Source of the DNA: Octopus sinensis
Taxonomy: Eukaryota
DNA length: 64,000 bases
Assembly (NCBI RefSeq): GCF_006345805.1
Contig: NC_042999.1
Span: 157,046,001-157,110,000, forward strand
Direction: 5' to 3'
Part shown: one piece after another, positions 38,166-49,198 of the stretch
Layout of the letters: every line of letters starts with the position of its first letter
Position numbering within the stretch: the stretch's first letter is position 1
Position numbers and translations under genes: made by a program
The notes under the pieces: model-generated
Databases searched by the model: none
Seen by the model: the letters and a program-made list of their open reading frames with translations, nothing else
Told to the model about the DNA's origin: nothing

Positions 38166-38592
38166 GACATGAAGAAAGGCTGAAGACGCTCGACCTTTAT
38201 TCTCTCGAAAAATGACGCCGCCGTGGTGATCTCATTCTCGCTCACAACATCATAAGTGGAAAGTGTAACCTCTCGAAAGAGCTGTTCTTCACTCCTGCAC
38301 CAGAGCGTAGGCTGCGGGGTCACTCCAAAAAGCTCTATCTGCGACGATTTCATCTCAGTCGAAGGAGAGGGGCTTTCTCCGTCCGGGTTGCAGATCCGTG
38401 GAATAAGCTGCCGGACGAGATAGTGAAGATGCCGACAACCGCTTGGTTCAAAGTCTCTCTTGACCAGAAATGGCCTGAACTCTTTGCATGAACACCCTCC
38501 TTGTACATAACTCCATGTCCCCCTACATGGCCTTGCTTTTTGCTTTTTGAGCCAAAAAATTAGCTTAACTTAACTTAACGTAACTTAACTTA
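38166..38592 (+). mobile_element. CR1-clade LINE 3' end with (TAACT)n tail
   Basis: EERLKTLDLYSLEK*RRRGDLI..AFSVRVADPWNKLPDEIV. Confidence 0.85.
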
Positions 38593-39497
38593 CCCAAAAT
38601 GCCACACAGTGGGACTGAAGCCATGTGGTTGGTAAGCAAGCTACTTACCACAGAGCCACTCCTATGCCTGAGAATTTCCATGATGGAATAAAAGCATGTG
38701 TCTGCATAGGTGGTAAATCTTCCAGAGTCACTCATTATTTCCACATCTGTCCAAAAGAGAACAAGTCCCTAGTAGTGAAATGGGATATTTGGACACAGCT
38801 GATCGGACAGGTCAGCCTGTTTCGGCAACAGTACATTTTAATACTGAAGCAAACATACACACGGATACATGCACACATGCACAGAAGTATATACATCCAA
38901 ACAGAATGAGTGAGAGAGAGGGAAAGAGAGTGATATAGCAATTTATTAATTGAGCTTAATTGACATACACACTTTCTCTCATCTCATACACATCGAGAAA
39001 TTTGCTCATACACATACATAAACAGAGAGGGAGAGAGAATGAGAGAAATAGTGAAATGTCTAATGATAGATAAATCAACATCAAATCACTGACACCAAAG
39101 CAGTTGTGGCCAAAACGTTTCATGGCCCAGTAGCAGAATTCAAAATTTACATCCTTGCTGCTCATGTTTAAGAGAACAATCAAGCGATGATGGCATTGCT
39201 CAAAATTATGTTCACCTGTCTTGTATGCAAGTATGTATGTGTTCATATATATGTATAATCGTCATCATCATCATCGTTTAACGTCCATTTTCCATGCTAG
39301 CATGGGTTGGACAGTTTGACCGGGGATCTGGGAAGCCAGGAGGCTGCACCAGGCTCCAGTCTGATCTGGCAATGTTTCTACAGCTGGATGCCCTTCCTAA
39401 TGCCAACCACACCATGAGTGTAGTGGGTGCTTTTCATGTGCCAGACTAGGCTGGCAACAGCCATGATCGGATTGGTGCTTTTTACGTGCCACCAGCA

Positions 39498-40430
39498 CGT
39501 ATGTATGTATGTATGTATGTATGTATGAAATGTATGTATGTATGTATGTATGTATGTTTGTATGAAATGTATGTATGTATGTGTATGTATGTATGTATGT
39601 ATGTATGTATGTATGTATGAAATGTATGTATGTATGTGTATGTATGTATGTATGAAATGTATGTATGTATGTATCTATGTATATATGTATGTATGAATGT
39701 ATGTATGTATGTATGTATGCATGTATGTATGTATGCATATATGTATGTATGTATGTTTGTATGTATGTATGTATGTATATATGTATGTATGTTATGTATG
39801 TATGTCTGTCTGTATGTCTGTCTGTATGTCTGTATGTTATGTATGTATGTCTGTCTGTATGTCTGTCTGTATGTATGTATGTATGTCTGTATGTATGTAT
39901 GTATGTATGTCTGTATGTTATGTATGTATGTCTGTCTGTATGTATGTATGTATGTATGTATGTATGTATGTATGTATGTATGCATGTATGTATGTATATG
40001 TATATATGTATGAAATGTATGTATGTATGTATGTATGTTATGTATGTCTGTCTGTCTGTCTGTCTGTATGTATGTATGTATGTATGTATGTATGTATGTA
40101 TGTATGTATGTATGTATGTATGTATGTGTATGTATGTATGAAATGTATGTATGTATGTATGAAATGTATGTATGTATGTATGAAATGTATGTATGTATGT
40201 ATGTATGTATGTATGTATGTGTATGTATGTATGTATGAAATGTATGTATGTATGTATGAAATGTATGTATGTATGTATGTATGAAATGTATGTATGTATG
40301 TATGTATGTATGTGTGAATGTATGTATGTATGTATGTATGAAATGCATGTATGTATGAAATGTATGTATGTATGTATGTATGAATGAATGAATGAATGAA
40401 TGAAATGTATGTATGTTATGTATGTATGCA
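39498..40430. repeat. Compound (TATG)n/(TCTG)n microsatellite
   Basis: Direct reading. Confidence 0.95.
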
Positions 40431-40526
40431 CATACATATCAGTTCAAGTTATAGAAAAAGATAGCTGATAAATGTACAATGAAAATCCCTGTAGAATTAT
40501 TCTTGTCATTTTATTTTGTTTGTTAG

Positions 40527-40637
40527 ACAAACAGAGAGAACAGTGAAATGTCTTCAGCCAAAATATAAGAAAGTTGATGTTGAAGTCTGCATTGAAGAAA
40601 ACAATGGAGTATGTGTTCGTACCGGAAAACAGCAAAC
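40527..40637 (+). CDS. Host gene exon C (111 bp, phase 2-2), Cys-rich module
   Basis: Acceptor TTTTGTTTGTTAG| and donor AAAC|GTAAGG. Single open frame QTERTVKCLQPKYKKVDVEVCIEENNGVCVRTGKQQ. Confidence 0.75.
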
Positions 40638-40710
40638 GTAAGGAAATATTTTATTGTACTTCTTTGGCTGGTCTTTTAATTGTAAACATTTTCATTATAG
40701 TATATTTTAC

Positions 40711-41122
40711 GGATCTTTTCGGTTTGAACGGCAGTTTTTTAAAATAATTTCCACATAACTAAACACTTTTAAACTTCGTATACTGGTAGAATGTGTTTAT
40801 AAAACATCTTTTTCTCTTGGCTTTATTGAGAAAATTCTATAGTTTGTAAGCTATTTGTTGTTTTTTTTCTTCAATTTCTGCAATTTCAACCAATCAATGA
40901 TGTCTATTGGGGTAAAAACATTCTGTGCCGTATGAATATGTTCCTCATTTAAGAAACAGATTGGGTTTATTTACATTTGTGAAGAAAACAAAGATACCCT
41001 TCCCACTAACCCTAACCCTAAAACAGATTGAAATGCAATAGATCGATACCAGGGTCATAATTATGGGTGACAATTTCATATGACACCGCTAGAAAAAACT
41101 GCCGTTCAAACCGAAAAGATCC
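40711..41122 (+). mobile_element. Merlin-like MITE, family M, full copy
   Basis: TIRs present. Perfect 8-bp TSD TATTTTAC. Confidence 0.9.
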
Positions 41123-41727
41123 TATTTTACTAGTTATTATGGGGAATTTACGATTATAAATTTAAAAAACTATCTTGAAACAAAAATTGACTTTTACAAA
41201 TCTTAATTATTCATCTTACTAAGTTATGGCTTTAAGCAGTTTATATTCTAATTTGTTTATTCTTTGAAATGGTGGCTCTATGCATATGTGGGAAATAGTA
41301 ATTTGAATGTTTGTAGAATTGGTTCAGAGTTGAAACACAGCATGACCTTGAGATATCAAGTGATATGTCAGTAATATATATCTCGCTGTTATAATGGAAC
41401 ATAGCTTCCACTGCCCTAATTCATCACTTCTTTGTATGTCATATCTACAGGTGTCAACAATCAGGGACCACCTGTCCCCTACACAATTTAGCCAATTAGT
41501 GTGTAAGTTTTTCTGCAGTCAGCAAGTAAAACCATTGAGTGTCATATCCATCACCACTCACTCTCTCTCTGTCTCTCTCTCCAACTCACTCAACCATCAC
41601 CATCACCACCATCACCTTCATCACCATCACCCTCATCGGCACCTTCATCACCATCACCACCATCACCATCAAAGGATTTCCTGTGGTAGGATATATCTTC
41701 AGTATTTCTCTCAGGAAATACTAATTT

Positions 41728-42169
41728 AATGTGAGGTATATTTGCCATCTCAATATGGCTAACCCCTAAGGGTGGGAGTTACTGTAGCTTGTAGCCCCAG
41801 GAGAACATCTCCTCCAGCTGGCTATAGGTACACTTTCTGTGCCCTTTCGGTATTTGCAAAGGGAGGTCATCCTTCCCTCGTCAACCTAAGTGATATGCAC
41901 GGACTGCAGTTTCTGGATATTGACCCGTCATCAGCGCACGACTATCACCGGTTTTCGATGGAGGGGTCCCAATGCATATACATATATCCTTTTTCCAGTG
42001 ACTTTTCATCACTGATCTTGAAAAAGTGTATACAAGCAATAATAAATCTCTGATCGAGGTATAAATAGTAACTGCACGACAATGTGAGGTATATTTGCCA
42101 TCTCAATATGGCTAACCACTAAGGGTGGGTGTTACTGTAGCTTGTAGCCCCAGGAGAACATCTCCTCCA
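41728..42169 (-). mobile_element. Retrozyme-like element: 353-bp unit, 89-bp terminal redundancy, internal hammerhead
   Basis: 41728-41816 and 42081-42169 differ at 2 of 89 positions. HHR on the minus strand. No coding capacity. Confidence 0.7.
41889..41949 (-). ncRNA. Type I hammerhead ribozyme with palindromic stem III and GUC cleavage triplet
   Basis: Minus strand GGTGATA-GTC-GTGCG CTGATGA C-GGGT-CAAT-ATCC-A GAA ACTGCAGT C | CGTGC-A-TATCACT. Predicted cut between 41902 and 41901. Confidence 0.8.
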
Positions 42170-42392
42170 TTAGTATTGTTGAAAAAAATAACTCAGAAGC
42201 AAAAAGATTTGACACCTGCTGACAGCAAACTCCAGGACTCTTCCTGTCACACATTCTTTAGAGCTAAATGAAGAATACAAGACTTTCAATTAAAGCACAA
42301 TGCTCAAATTAACTTCTACATATTATGTCCATTATTGCTTCATTAATTAATCAAATGTTCATCATGTGATAGACTTATCCATATACAGGATA

Positions 42393-42800
42393 GGCGCAGG
42401 AGTGGCTGTGTGGTAAGTAGCTTGCTTACTAACCACATGGTTCCAGGTTCAGTCCCACTGCGTGGCACCTTGGGCAAGTGTCTTCTACTATAGCCTCGGG
42501 CCGACCAAAGCTTTGTGAGTGGATTTGGTAGACGGAAACTGAAAGAAGCCCATCGTATATATGTATATATATATATGCGTGTGTGTGTTTGTGTGTCTGT
42601 GTTTGTCCCCCTATCATTGCTTGACAACCGATGCTGGTGTGTTTATGTCCCCGTTACTTAGCGGTTCGGCAAAAGAGACTGATAGAATAAGTACTGGGCT
42701 TACAAAAGAATAAGTACCAGGATCGAGTTGCTCGATTAAAGGCGGTGCTCCAGCATGGCTGCACTCAAATGACTGAAACAAGTAAAAGAGAAAGAGAGAA
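42393..42800 (+). mobile_element. SINE family C, full copy
   Basis: Family C features. Confidence 0.9.
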
Positions 42801-42912
42801 AGAGAATGCAGGCTTCTTTGCATGTAAATGTGAATATATATGTAAGATATTTAAAGCGTTTTGCAATCGTTTTCTTTATGATTTATTTATCTGTTTTCCT
42901 TTTTTCAAATAG

Positions 42913-43237
42913 ACTGGAACCAAATGGCTCTGAAATGAGGATGTGCTCAAAAGTTCAGTTGAGACGCTCCTGCCATGTGTGTTGCCCAAGTCATTACCCA
43001 GTGGGTAACAAAACAACTTGTACAGGAATACTTGACGGAATTGACAAAACTGGTCTGAGGATTAGTATTTCTGCAGATGAAGGACAAATCGAATATGCTA
43101 GATTACCCAAAAATTACCAGCCACGTAGACGTCACAACACACAGCATAATGGTAGAGATCGATCAAGGAATGGATCCCGTAGCAGACATCAATCCAGGCG
43201 GAGAATAGTTCGAAGGCCGCGTAGTGTGGCCGTTTGA
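42913..43237 (+). CDS. Host gene terminal exon D (phase 2 start): end of Cys-rich module and Arg-rich tail
   Basis: Acceptor TTTTTTCAAATAG|. LEPNGSEMRMCSKVQLRRSCHVCCPSHYPVGNKTTC..RRRIVRRPRSVAV*. Exons A-D plus one upstream base sum to 2535 nt, divisible by 3. Confidence 0.8.
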
Positions 43238-43338
43238 CCTGATCCTCAAACAATAACATCCTAATTGGAGGTGATCTAATAATGGAACATTATCAGAAAG
43301 AATTTGTAATGAAATCTAATTCATAGGACTACTTGATG

Positions 43339-43344
43339 AATAAA
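43339..43344 (+). promoter_or_regulatory. Candidate polyadenylation signal
   Basis: AATAAA about 100 nt after the exon D stop. AT-rich context makes chance occurrence likely. Confidence 0.3.
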
Positions 43345-43574
43345 CTTGCAATTCATCCCTCGTATGGCCAAACTACAGGAAAACCCATACGCATCATAAT
43401 CAGTTCACTTAATTGCTTGACATGACACTTAACTGGAAAGAAGGATTGTCACTTGGTTCTAGGAACATATGTGTGTGTGTGTGTATATGTATTCATGTAT
43501 ATGTGTATATGCATGTATGTGTGTGTATGCATGTATGTGTGTGTGTGTGTATACATGCACACACATGTATACAA

Positions 43575-43626
<52 letters not shown>

Positions 43627-43877
43627 TTATACACATATATATCTATATACATATATATATACATATATATTTATACACATATATATCTATATACATATAT
43701 ATATACACATACATACATACATACATATACACATGCACACACACACACATGTATGTATATATATATAATATATATGTATGTATATGTATATATATATATA
43801 TGTAGTATGTATGTATATGTATATATATATATGTATGTATGTATGTATGTATATGTATATATATATATGTATGTATG

Positions 43878-43956
<79 letters not shown>

Positions 43957-44566
43957 ATATATATATGTATGTATATATATGTATATATAAATATGTATGC
44001 TTATGTACATCATAGCAAACATTTGATCTTCTTCATTCATTTAACTCTGCACTACAAACACATAATATACATGTATATATAAAGACTCTATACATGACAA
44101 AAGTAAAAATGCGAGCACCCTTCAAATGATCATATCTTATCTTCCATTTTTTTGTATTATTTTAATCTTCCTCCATGTGTATATTCAGATGTACAGTCAT
44201 GTGTATGTGCTATGTGTGTATCAGTATGTGTTGATACAAGAGTGGTTTTAACACACACACACATTCATGTGTGTGTGCATGTATATCTATCTATAACTTA
44301 CTCAAAACAAGAATTTTTAGAAAACCTATATGGTACTACCAAAATACTAGTTTTGAAATTCTTTAGTAATCCTATAATTTGGTAAGCCTTTCTGTTATAG
44401 AAACAACTTTAACACAGAAAATTTAAATTTCGCAAACCCAGCATAAACTCTACATATAAGGTTACTGCACAAAAAGAAATATGTTATGACAAGAAAATGG
44501 AAAATGAAAAGCAAAACAAATATAGTAGCATTGCAGGTGACAATGAATGAATCTGGTATAGTTTAA

Positions 44567-44969
44567 CCCTTTCATGACCAACCCAGCTGAAACCGGTTCT
44601 GGCTCTGTAGTATAAATGTCTTGTTTTCATAAGTTCTGAATTAAAATCAGATACATCACACCTCACTTAAAAACCTACACTCTTGCTGTCCAGGAACAGG
44701 AAATAGAAACTAAATATCTAATCAGCAGAAGAAGTATAGGTGCCTTTAACCCTTTCGTAACCAACCTGGCTGAAACCAGCTCTGGATCTGAGTACAAATG
44801 ATTTGTTTTCATAAGTTCTGAATTAAAATCTTCCACCAAACCTTAGTCACAATTTATATTCCTAACACTAGCTGAATGGTAACCAAGTTATTTTACTAAA
44901 TTCTTTATCATATTTAAAGTAATTGAGAGAAACACGGAGCATCTCAACAGAAATACAGTAATGAAAGGG
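44567..44969. mobile_element. Two piggyBac-like MITE copies (44567-44648 partial; 44750-44969 full)
   Basis: TTAA plus CCCTTTC left ends. The full copy ends GAAAGGG TTAA. Confidence 0.85.
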
Positions 44970-45125
44970 TTAAACAAGTGGAAGTGTCTACTTTCTTTAA
45001 AAGACATCATGTCTAGAACTTTTTAGTTAAGATCTGAACAAACGATAAAGCCTAACGTCAACAAACATTTGCCAATGAAAGAGATTTATAGATTCAAAAT
45101 ATGAAACCAAAAACATTAGAAGCAT

Positions 45126-46226
45126 AGGCACAAGCATGGCTGTGTGATAAAAAGCGTACTTTCCAGCTACAAGGGTCTGGGTTCAGTCCCACTGCATGGC
45201 ACCTAGGGCAAGTGTCTTCTACTTTAGCCTCAGGACAACCAAAGCCTCATGGGTGGATTTGGTAGATAGAAATTGAAAACAACTTGATGTATATATATAG
45301 GCGCAGGAGTGGCTGTGTGGTAAGTAGCTTGCTAACCAACCACATGGTTCCGGGTTCAGTCCCACTACGTGGCATCTTGGGCAAGTGTCTTCTGCTATAG
45401 CCCCAGGTCGACCAATGCCTTGTGAGTGGATTTGGTAGATGGAAACTGAAAGAAGCCTGTCGTATATATGTATATATATATATATATGTGTGTGTGTATG
45501 TGTTTGTGTGTCTGTGTTTGTCCCCCTAGCATTGCTTGACAACCGATGCTGGTGTGTTTACATCCCCGTCACTTAGCGGTTCGGCAAAAGAGACCGATAG
45601 AATAAGTACTGGGCTTACAAAGAATAAGTCCCGGGGTCAATTTGCTCAACTAAAGGCGGTGCTCCAGCATGGCCACAGTCAAATGACTGAAACAAATAAA
45701 AGAGTAAAAGAGTATATATATATATAAATTTATGTATGTATATACACTTTATTAATAAAGCTGCAAAGACACCACAAGAACTGTTACTCAGAGTTTCATG
45801 TTCCCGTTCATCAGACACTTTTGGTTCTCAACCAAAACTGTCAGAAGAATGATACAGTATTCCACCTTGTTTCACATTTATGTGCTAACTCTGGTATATG
45901 TGTGTGTTTTTGTCCTCCATCACTGCTTGACAACTGGTGTCAATGTGTTTAAGTCCTCATAACTTAGTAGTTCAGCAAAAGGAACCAATAGAATAAGTGC
46001 CTAGTTGAAAAAGAAAATATGTACAGGGGTCAATATATTTGACTAAAATTTTTCAAGGTGCTGCTTCAGCATGGCCACAGTCTAGTGATAGAAACAAGTA
46101 GAGGATAAAAGATAGTAAACTCTGATTTAAGATAAATAGCGTTGCCAGTGTGTATATAAATGATTCACTGAAACTCTTTGTCAAGGACAATATTGATTTA
46201 TCTTCCTTGCCTACTGAAAAATGTCC

Positions 46227-46273
<47 letters not shown>

Positions 46274-46474
46274 CTCTCTCTTTCGGAGAGGCACTGAGCA
46301 GCTATACACACACGTACACACACGGCAGTAACTTCCACCTACCGAATTCAATCACAAAGCTCCGGTCGGCTCGGGGCTATAGTGGAAGACACCTACCCAA
46401 AGTGCCACGCAGTGGGGCTGAACCCGAAACCATGTAGCTAGGAAGCAAGGTCCCTAACCACACAGCCATGCCCG

Positions 46475-46475
<1 letters not shown>
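45126..46475. mobile_element. Cluster of SINE family C copies and fragments
   Basis: Heads at about 45126 and 45299 (+), 3' half at about 45890-46110, and a minus fragment at 46322-46475. Confidence 0.8.
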
Positions 46476-46560
<85 letters not shown>

Positions 46561-46590
46561 GCGAGAAAGAAGCAACAAGAATGGATAGGT

Positions 46591-46681
46591 TTTTAGTACA
46601 ATCGTTTCATACAAGGACAGGCTTTATTAAAAGTTGTAAAAATTACAGCATATAAACATGTCCCGTACTCATCAGCTAAAA
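46591..46681 (-). ncRNA. Type I hammerhead ribozyme, sense to the PLE, near its 3' end
   Basis: Mirror of 49108-49198. Confidence 0.8.
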
Positions 46682-48158
46682 TACATGTGAGTTCTCTAGA
46701 CATCCTAGTGGTTGAGGCTATACTCATGAAGTAATGAAGATAATTAAGTAACATAAACATAAACAGATATCCAAAGTTCATTAAAGTTCTTTAAAGATGA
46801 TGTACAGTCTTATCACAGAATTTTAAAAAAGTTTTAATAGCAACCCAGAGAAGGTGACCTAATCCATAGTGCACATATGAATTTCCAGAGATATGATGAG
46901 GGATTACATACTCACAGAAGACAAATTTATCCATTGTTAATCACAACGAGGTGGGTCTCAATTCCTGCTTATTAGCATTACAGAGAGGGTGAATTAATCC
47001 TTTGTATAGATGCACAGTTTCCAATGGTGTAGATGTAAATTTCCAGAGAAATGAAGAGGAATTTCATATTCACAGGCGATAAATTTATCAATGGTTGAAC
47101 ACAATGAGGTAGGTATCAATTCTTGTTATATGATTAGGTATTTGCCACATTAATCATATTACTGCTATTTACAAGAGGCTGTAGCTATTTAACTTTTAAA
47201 GGCTGAAGGGCTTTCTAGAGAGGCAAAGAATAGAAAATGGAAGGGAATAGAAGAAAAGAGAGAAAATAAAGGAGGAGGGAGCAAAAAAGGGGGGGAAGGG
47301 GACTAAAAGAGAAGAGAAAAAGAAAAAGAGAATAAGAAGAAGAAAAAGAAAAAAGAGAAAAGAGAAAGAAATAGGGAAAGAAGGGAAAAAGAAAAAAGAA
47401 AAAGGAAAAGAAAAAAAGAGGGTTCTAGTTAGACAGAAGAATCAGTAGACCGCAAGTCTGGTTTTAATTTACAGGCATCTAGGAACTAGAGGAGGATATT
47501 ATTCTTTGACCAGTAAAACAGCTAATTTATTGCTGTTGAAATCAGCTATGAATTTAAAGAGAATCTAAAGAGATAACACAGTCAGGGGTTTAGGGGTCAG
47601 ATGCTAAAATCAAAAGAAAATACATTAGGAAAATCTAAGTATAATCCTATCAAAAAGTCATTAAGATTTACTTATTTAATTTATTCATTTTATTGTCTTA
47701 AGGAGTTGCCGTTATTATTCATACATTGACGGACTACAGGTCAAATCTTAGAAGATCATTTACAAGGTGTTAGGGGATTGTCTATCATAATGAAGATAAT
47801 CATATTATCACCGAGGGGGTAGCCTTATTTATTTAATTTTGAAATAGAATTATGGGGCTATAGTAACTCATTTTATTTTATTAGAGTTATGCTACTTAAA
47901 TTAGATTAAGTTAGGAATTAAAATTAAAAATTACAATTAAGATTTAAAATTAAGAATTTAAAAATTATGAGTTTGAAATTAAATAAGGCCTCAATTAAGC
48001 AGCATATAAGTACTATTCATTTCCCTGTTCTCAAAAAACTGATGCAGATATAAGGAAAAAGATAACTGTAGTGTGAGAACTCTTAGTTATCTACTTAAAG
48101 CAGTGCTATACTAGTAGAAATCAAGTTATATCTATCTATCTAGTTACGAATATTCTAA

Positions 48159-48698
48159 TCATTTAAAATGTTTTAAAGTCTTCAATTTAGCATGGACACA
48201 AACTTGACCTAGTTCGATATGGTTATTCAATAAGTTTCTATGTTTTCTATGCTTTAGAATTTCATACGTCTCCATGGAGCATAGTTGGCAACCAACCCTA
48301 CTATTTTTATACGGAATTGCTCTCCTAACTATTTCCCAATTAAGGTTATAATTTTTATTATTATTTTTGAGTTCCCAGATTTTGTTTGAAAGTGTGGTGG
48401 TACCAGCTTTATGACGTAATTTAAAAGACGAGATGTGATTTCTAACTCTGGCTAGAAAATTAATTGTACATCCAAGGTAAAGATATTTGTTATTCTCCGT
48501 GGATATGGTACATTTATAGATTACATTATTTTCCCCACATAGACCAGGTGCCGGGCATTTTGATTTTCCTCTACACTTACACACAGGAGGAACAACTTCA
48601 GGCTTTGGATTATTCTTGGGTAGATGTCTTAGGTTCCTATTATTTTGATTATCATTTCTATAGTTGGTGCTGATATCTAAGGTATTGTGTTCAACCAT
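48159..48698 (-). CDS. GIY-YIG endonuclease domain of a Penelope-like element (Naiad-type linker)
   Basis: CKCRGKSKCPAPGLC (CxC-x5-C-x5-C), VIY..YLG, RVRNH, LSNKIWELK, CQLCSME, LLN..EL...CVH. Stop-free, 179 aa. Confidence 0.9.
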   Translation of the reverse strand: MVEHNTLDISTNYRNDNQNNRNLRHLPKNNPKPEVVPPVCKCRGKSKCPAPGLCGENNVIYKCTISTENNKYLYLGCTINFLARVRNHISSFKLRHKAGTTTLSNKIWELKNNNKNYNLNWEIVRRAIPYKNSRVGCQLCSMETYEILKHRKHRNLLNNHIELGQVCVHAKLKTLKHFK

Positions 48699-49107
48699 TG
48701 ATAAATTTATCGCCTGTGAATATGAAATTCCTCTTCATTTCTCTGGAAATTTACATCTACACCATTGGAAACTGTGCATCTATACAAAGGATTAATTCAC
48801 CCTCTCTGTAATGCTAATAAGCAGGAATTGAGACCCACCTCGTTGTGATTAACAATGGATAAATTTGTCTTCTGTGAGTATGTAATCCCTCATCATATCT
48901 CTGGAAATTCATATGTGCACTATGGATTAGGTCACCTTCTCTGGGTTGCTATTAAAACTTTTTTAAAATTCTGTGATAAGACTGTACATCATCTTTAAAG
49001 AACTTTAATGAACTTTGGATATCTGTTTATGTTTATGTTACTTAATTATCTTCATTACTTCATGAGTATAGCCTCAACCACTAGGATGTCTAGAGAACTC
49101 ACATGTA

Positions 49108-49198
49108 TTTTAGCTGATGAGTACGGGACACGTTTATATGCTGTAATTTTTACAACTTTTAATAAAGCCTGTCCTTGTATGAAACGATTGTACTAAAA
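49108..49198 (+). ncRNA. Type I hammerhead ribozyme in the inverted terminal copy
   Basis: Stem I TTTTAG/CTAAAA. CTGATGA. Stem II GTACGGGACA/TGTCCTTGTAT with a 39-nt loop. GAAA. Stem III AC-GATT-GT. GUA triplet, cut after 49192. Confidence 0.8.

Noticed and set aside
39397-40437. Long ORFs (346, 288, 195 aa) of YIHT/MYVC repeats, and similar ones at 43413-44082 and 61703-62186
   Set aside because: Translations of (TATG)n and (TA)n microsatellites, with no coding signal.
41394-41729. His-rich 111-aa ORF
   Set aside because: Translation of a (CAC/CAT)n tract with no splice support.
48159-48698. Selenocysteine recoding as reported for some Naiad PLEs
   Set aside because: The ORF has no in-frame TGA, and all conserved Cys positions are ordinary Cys codons.
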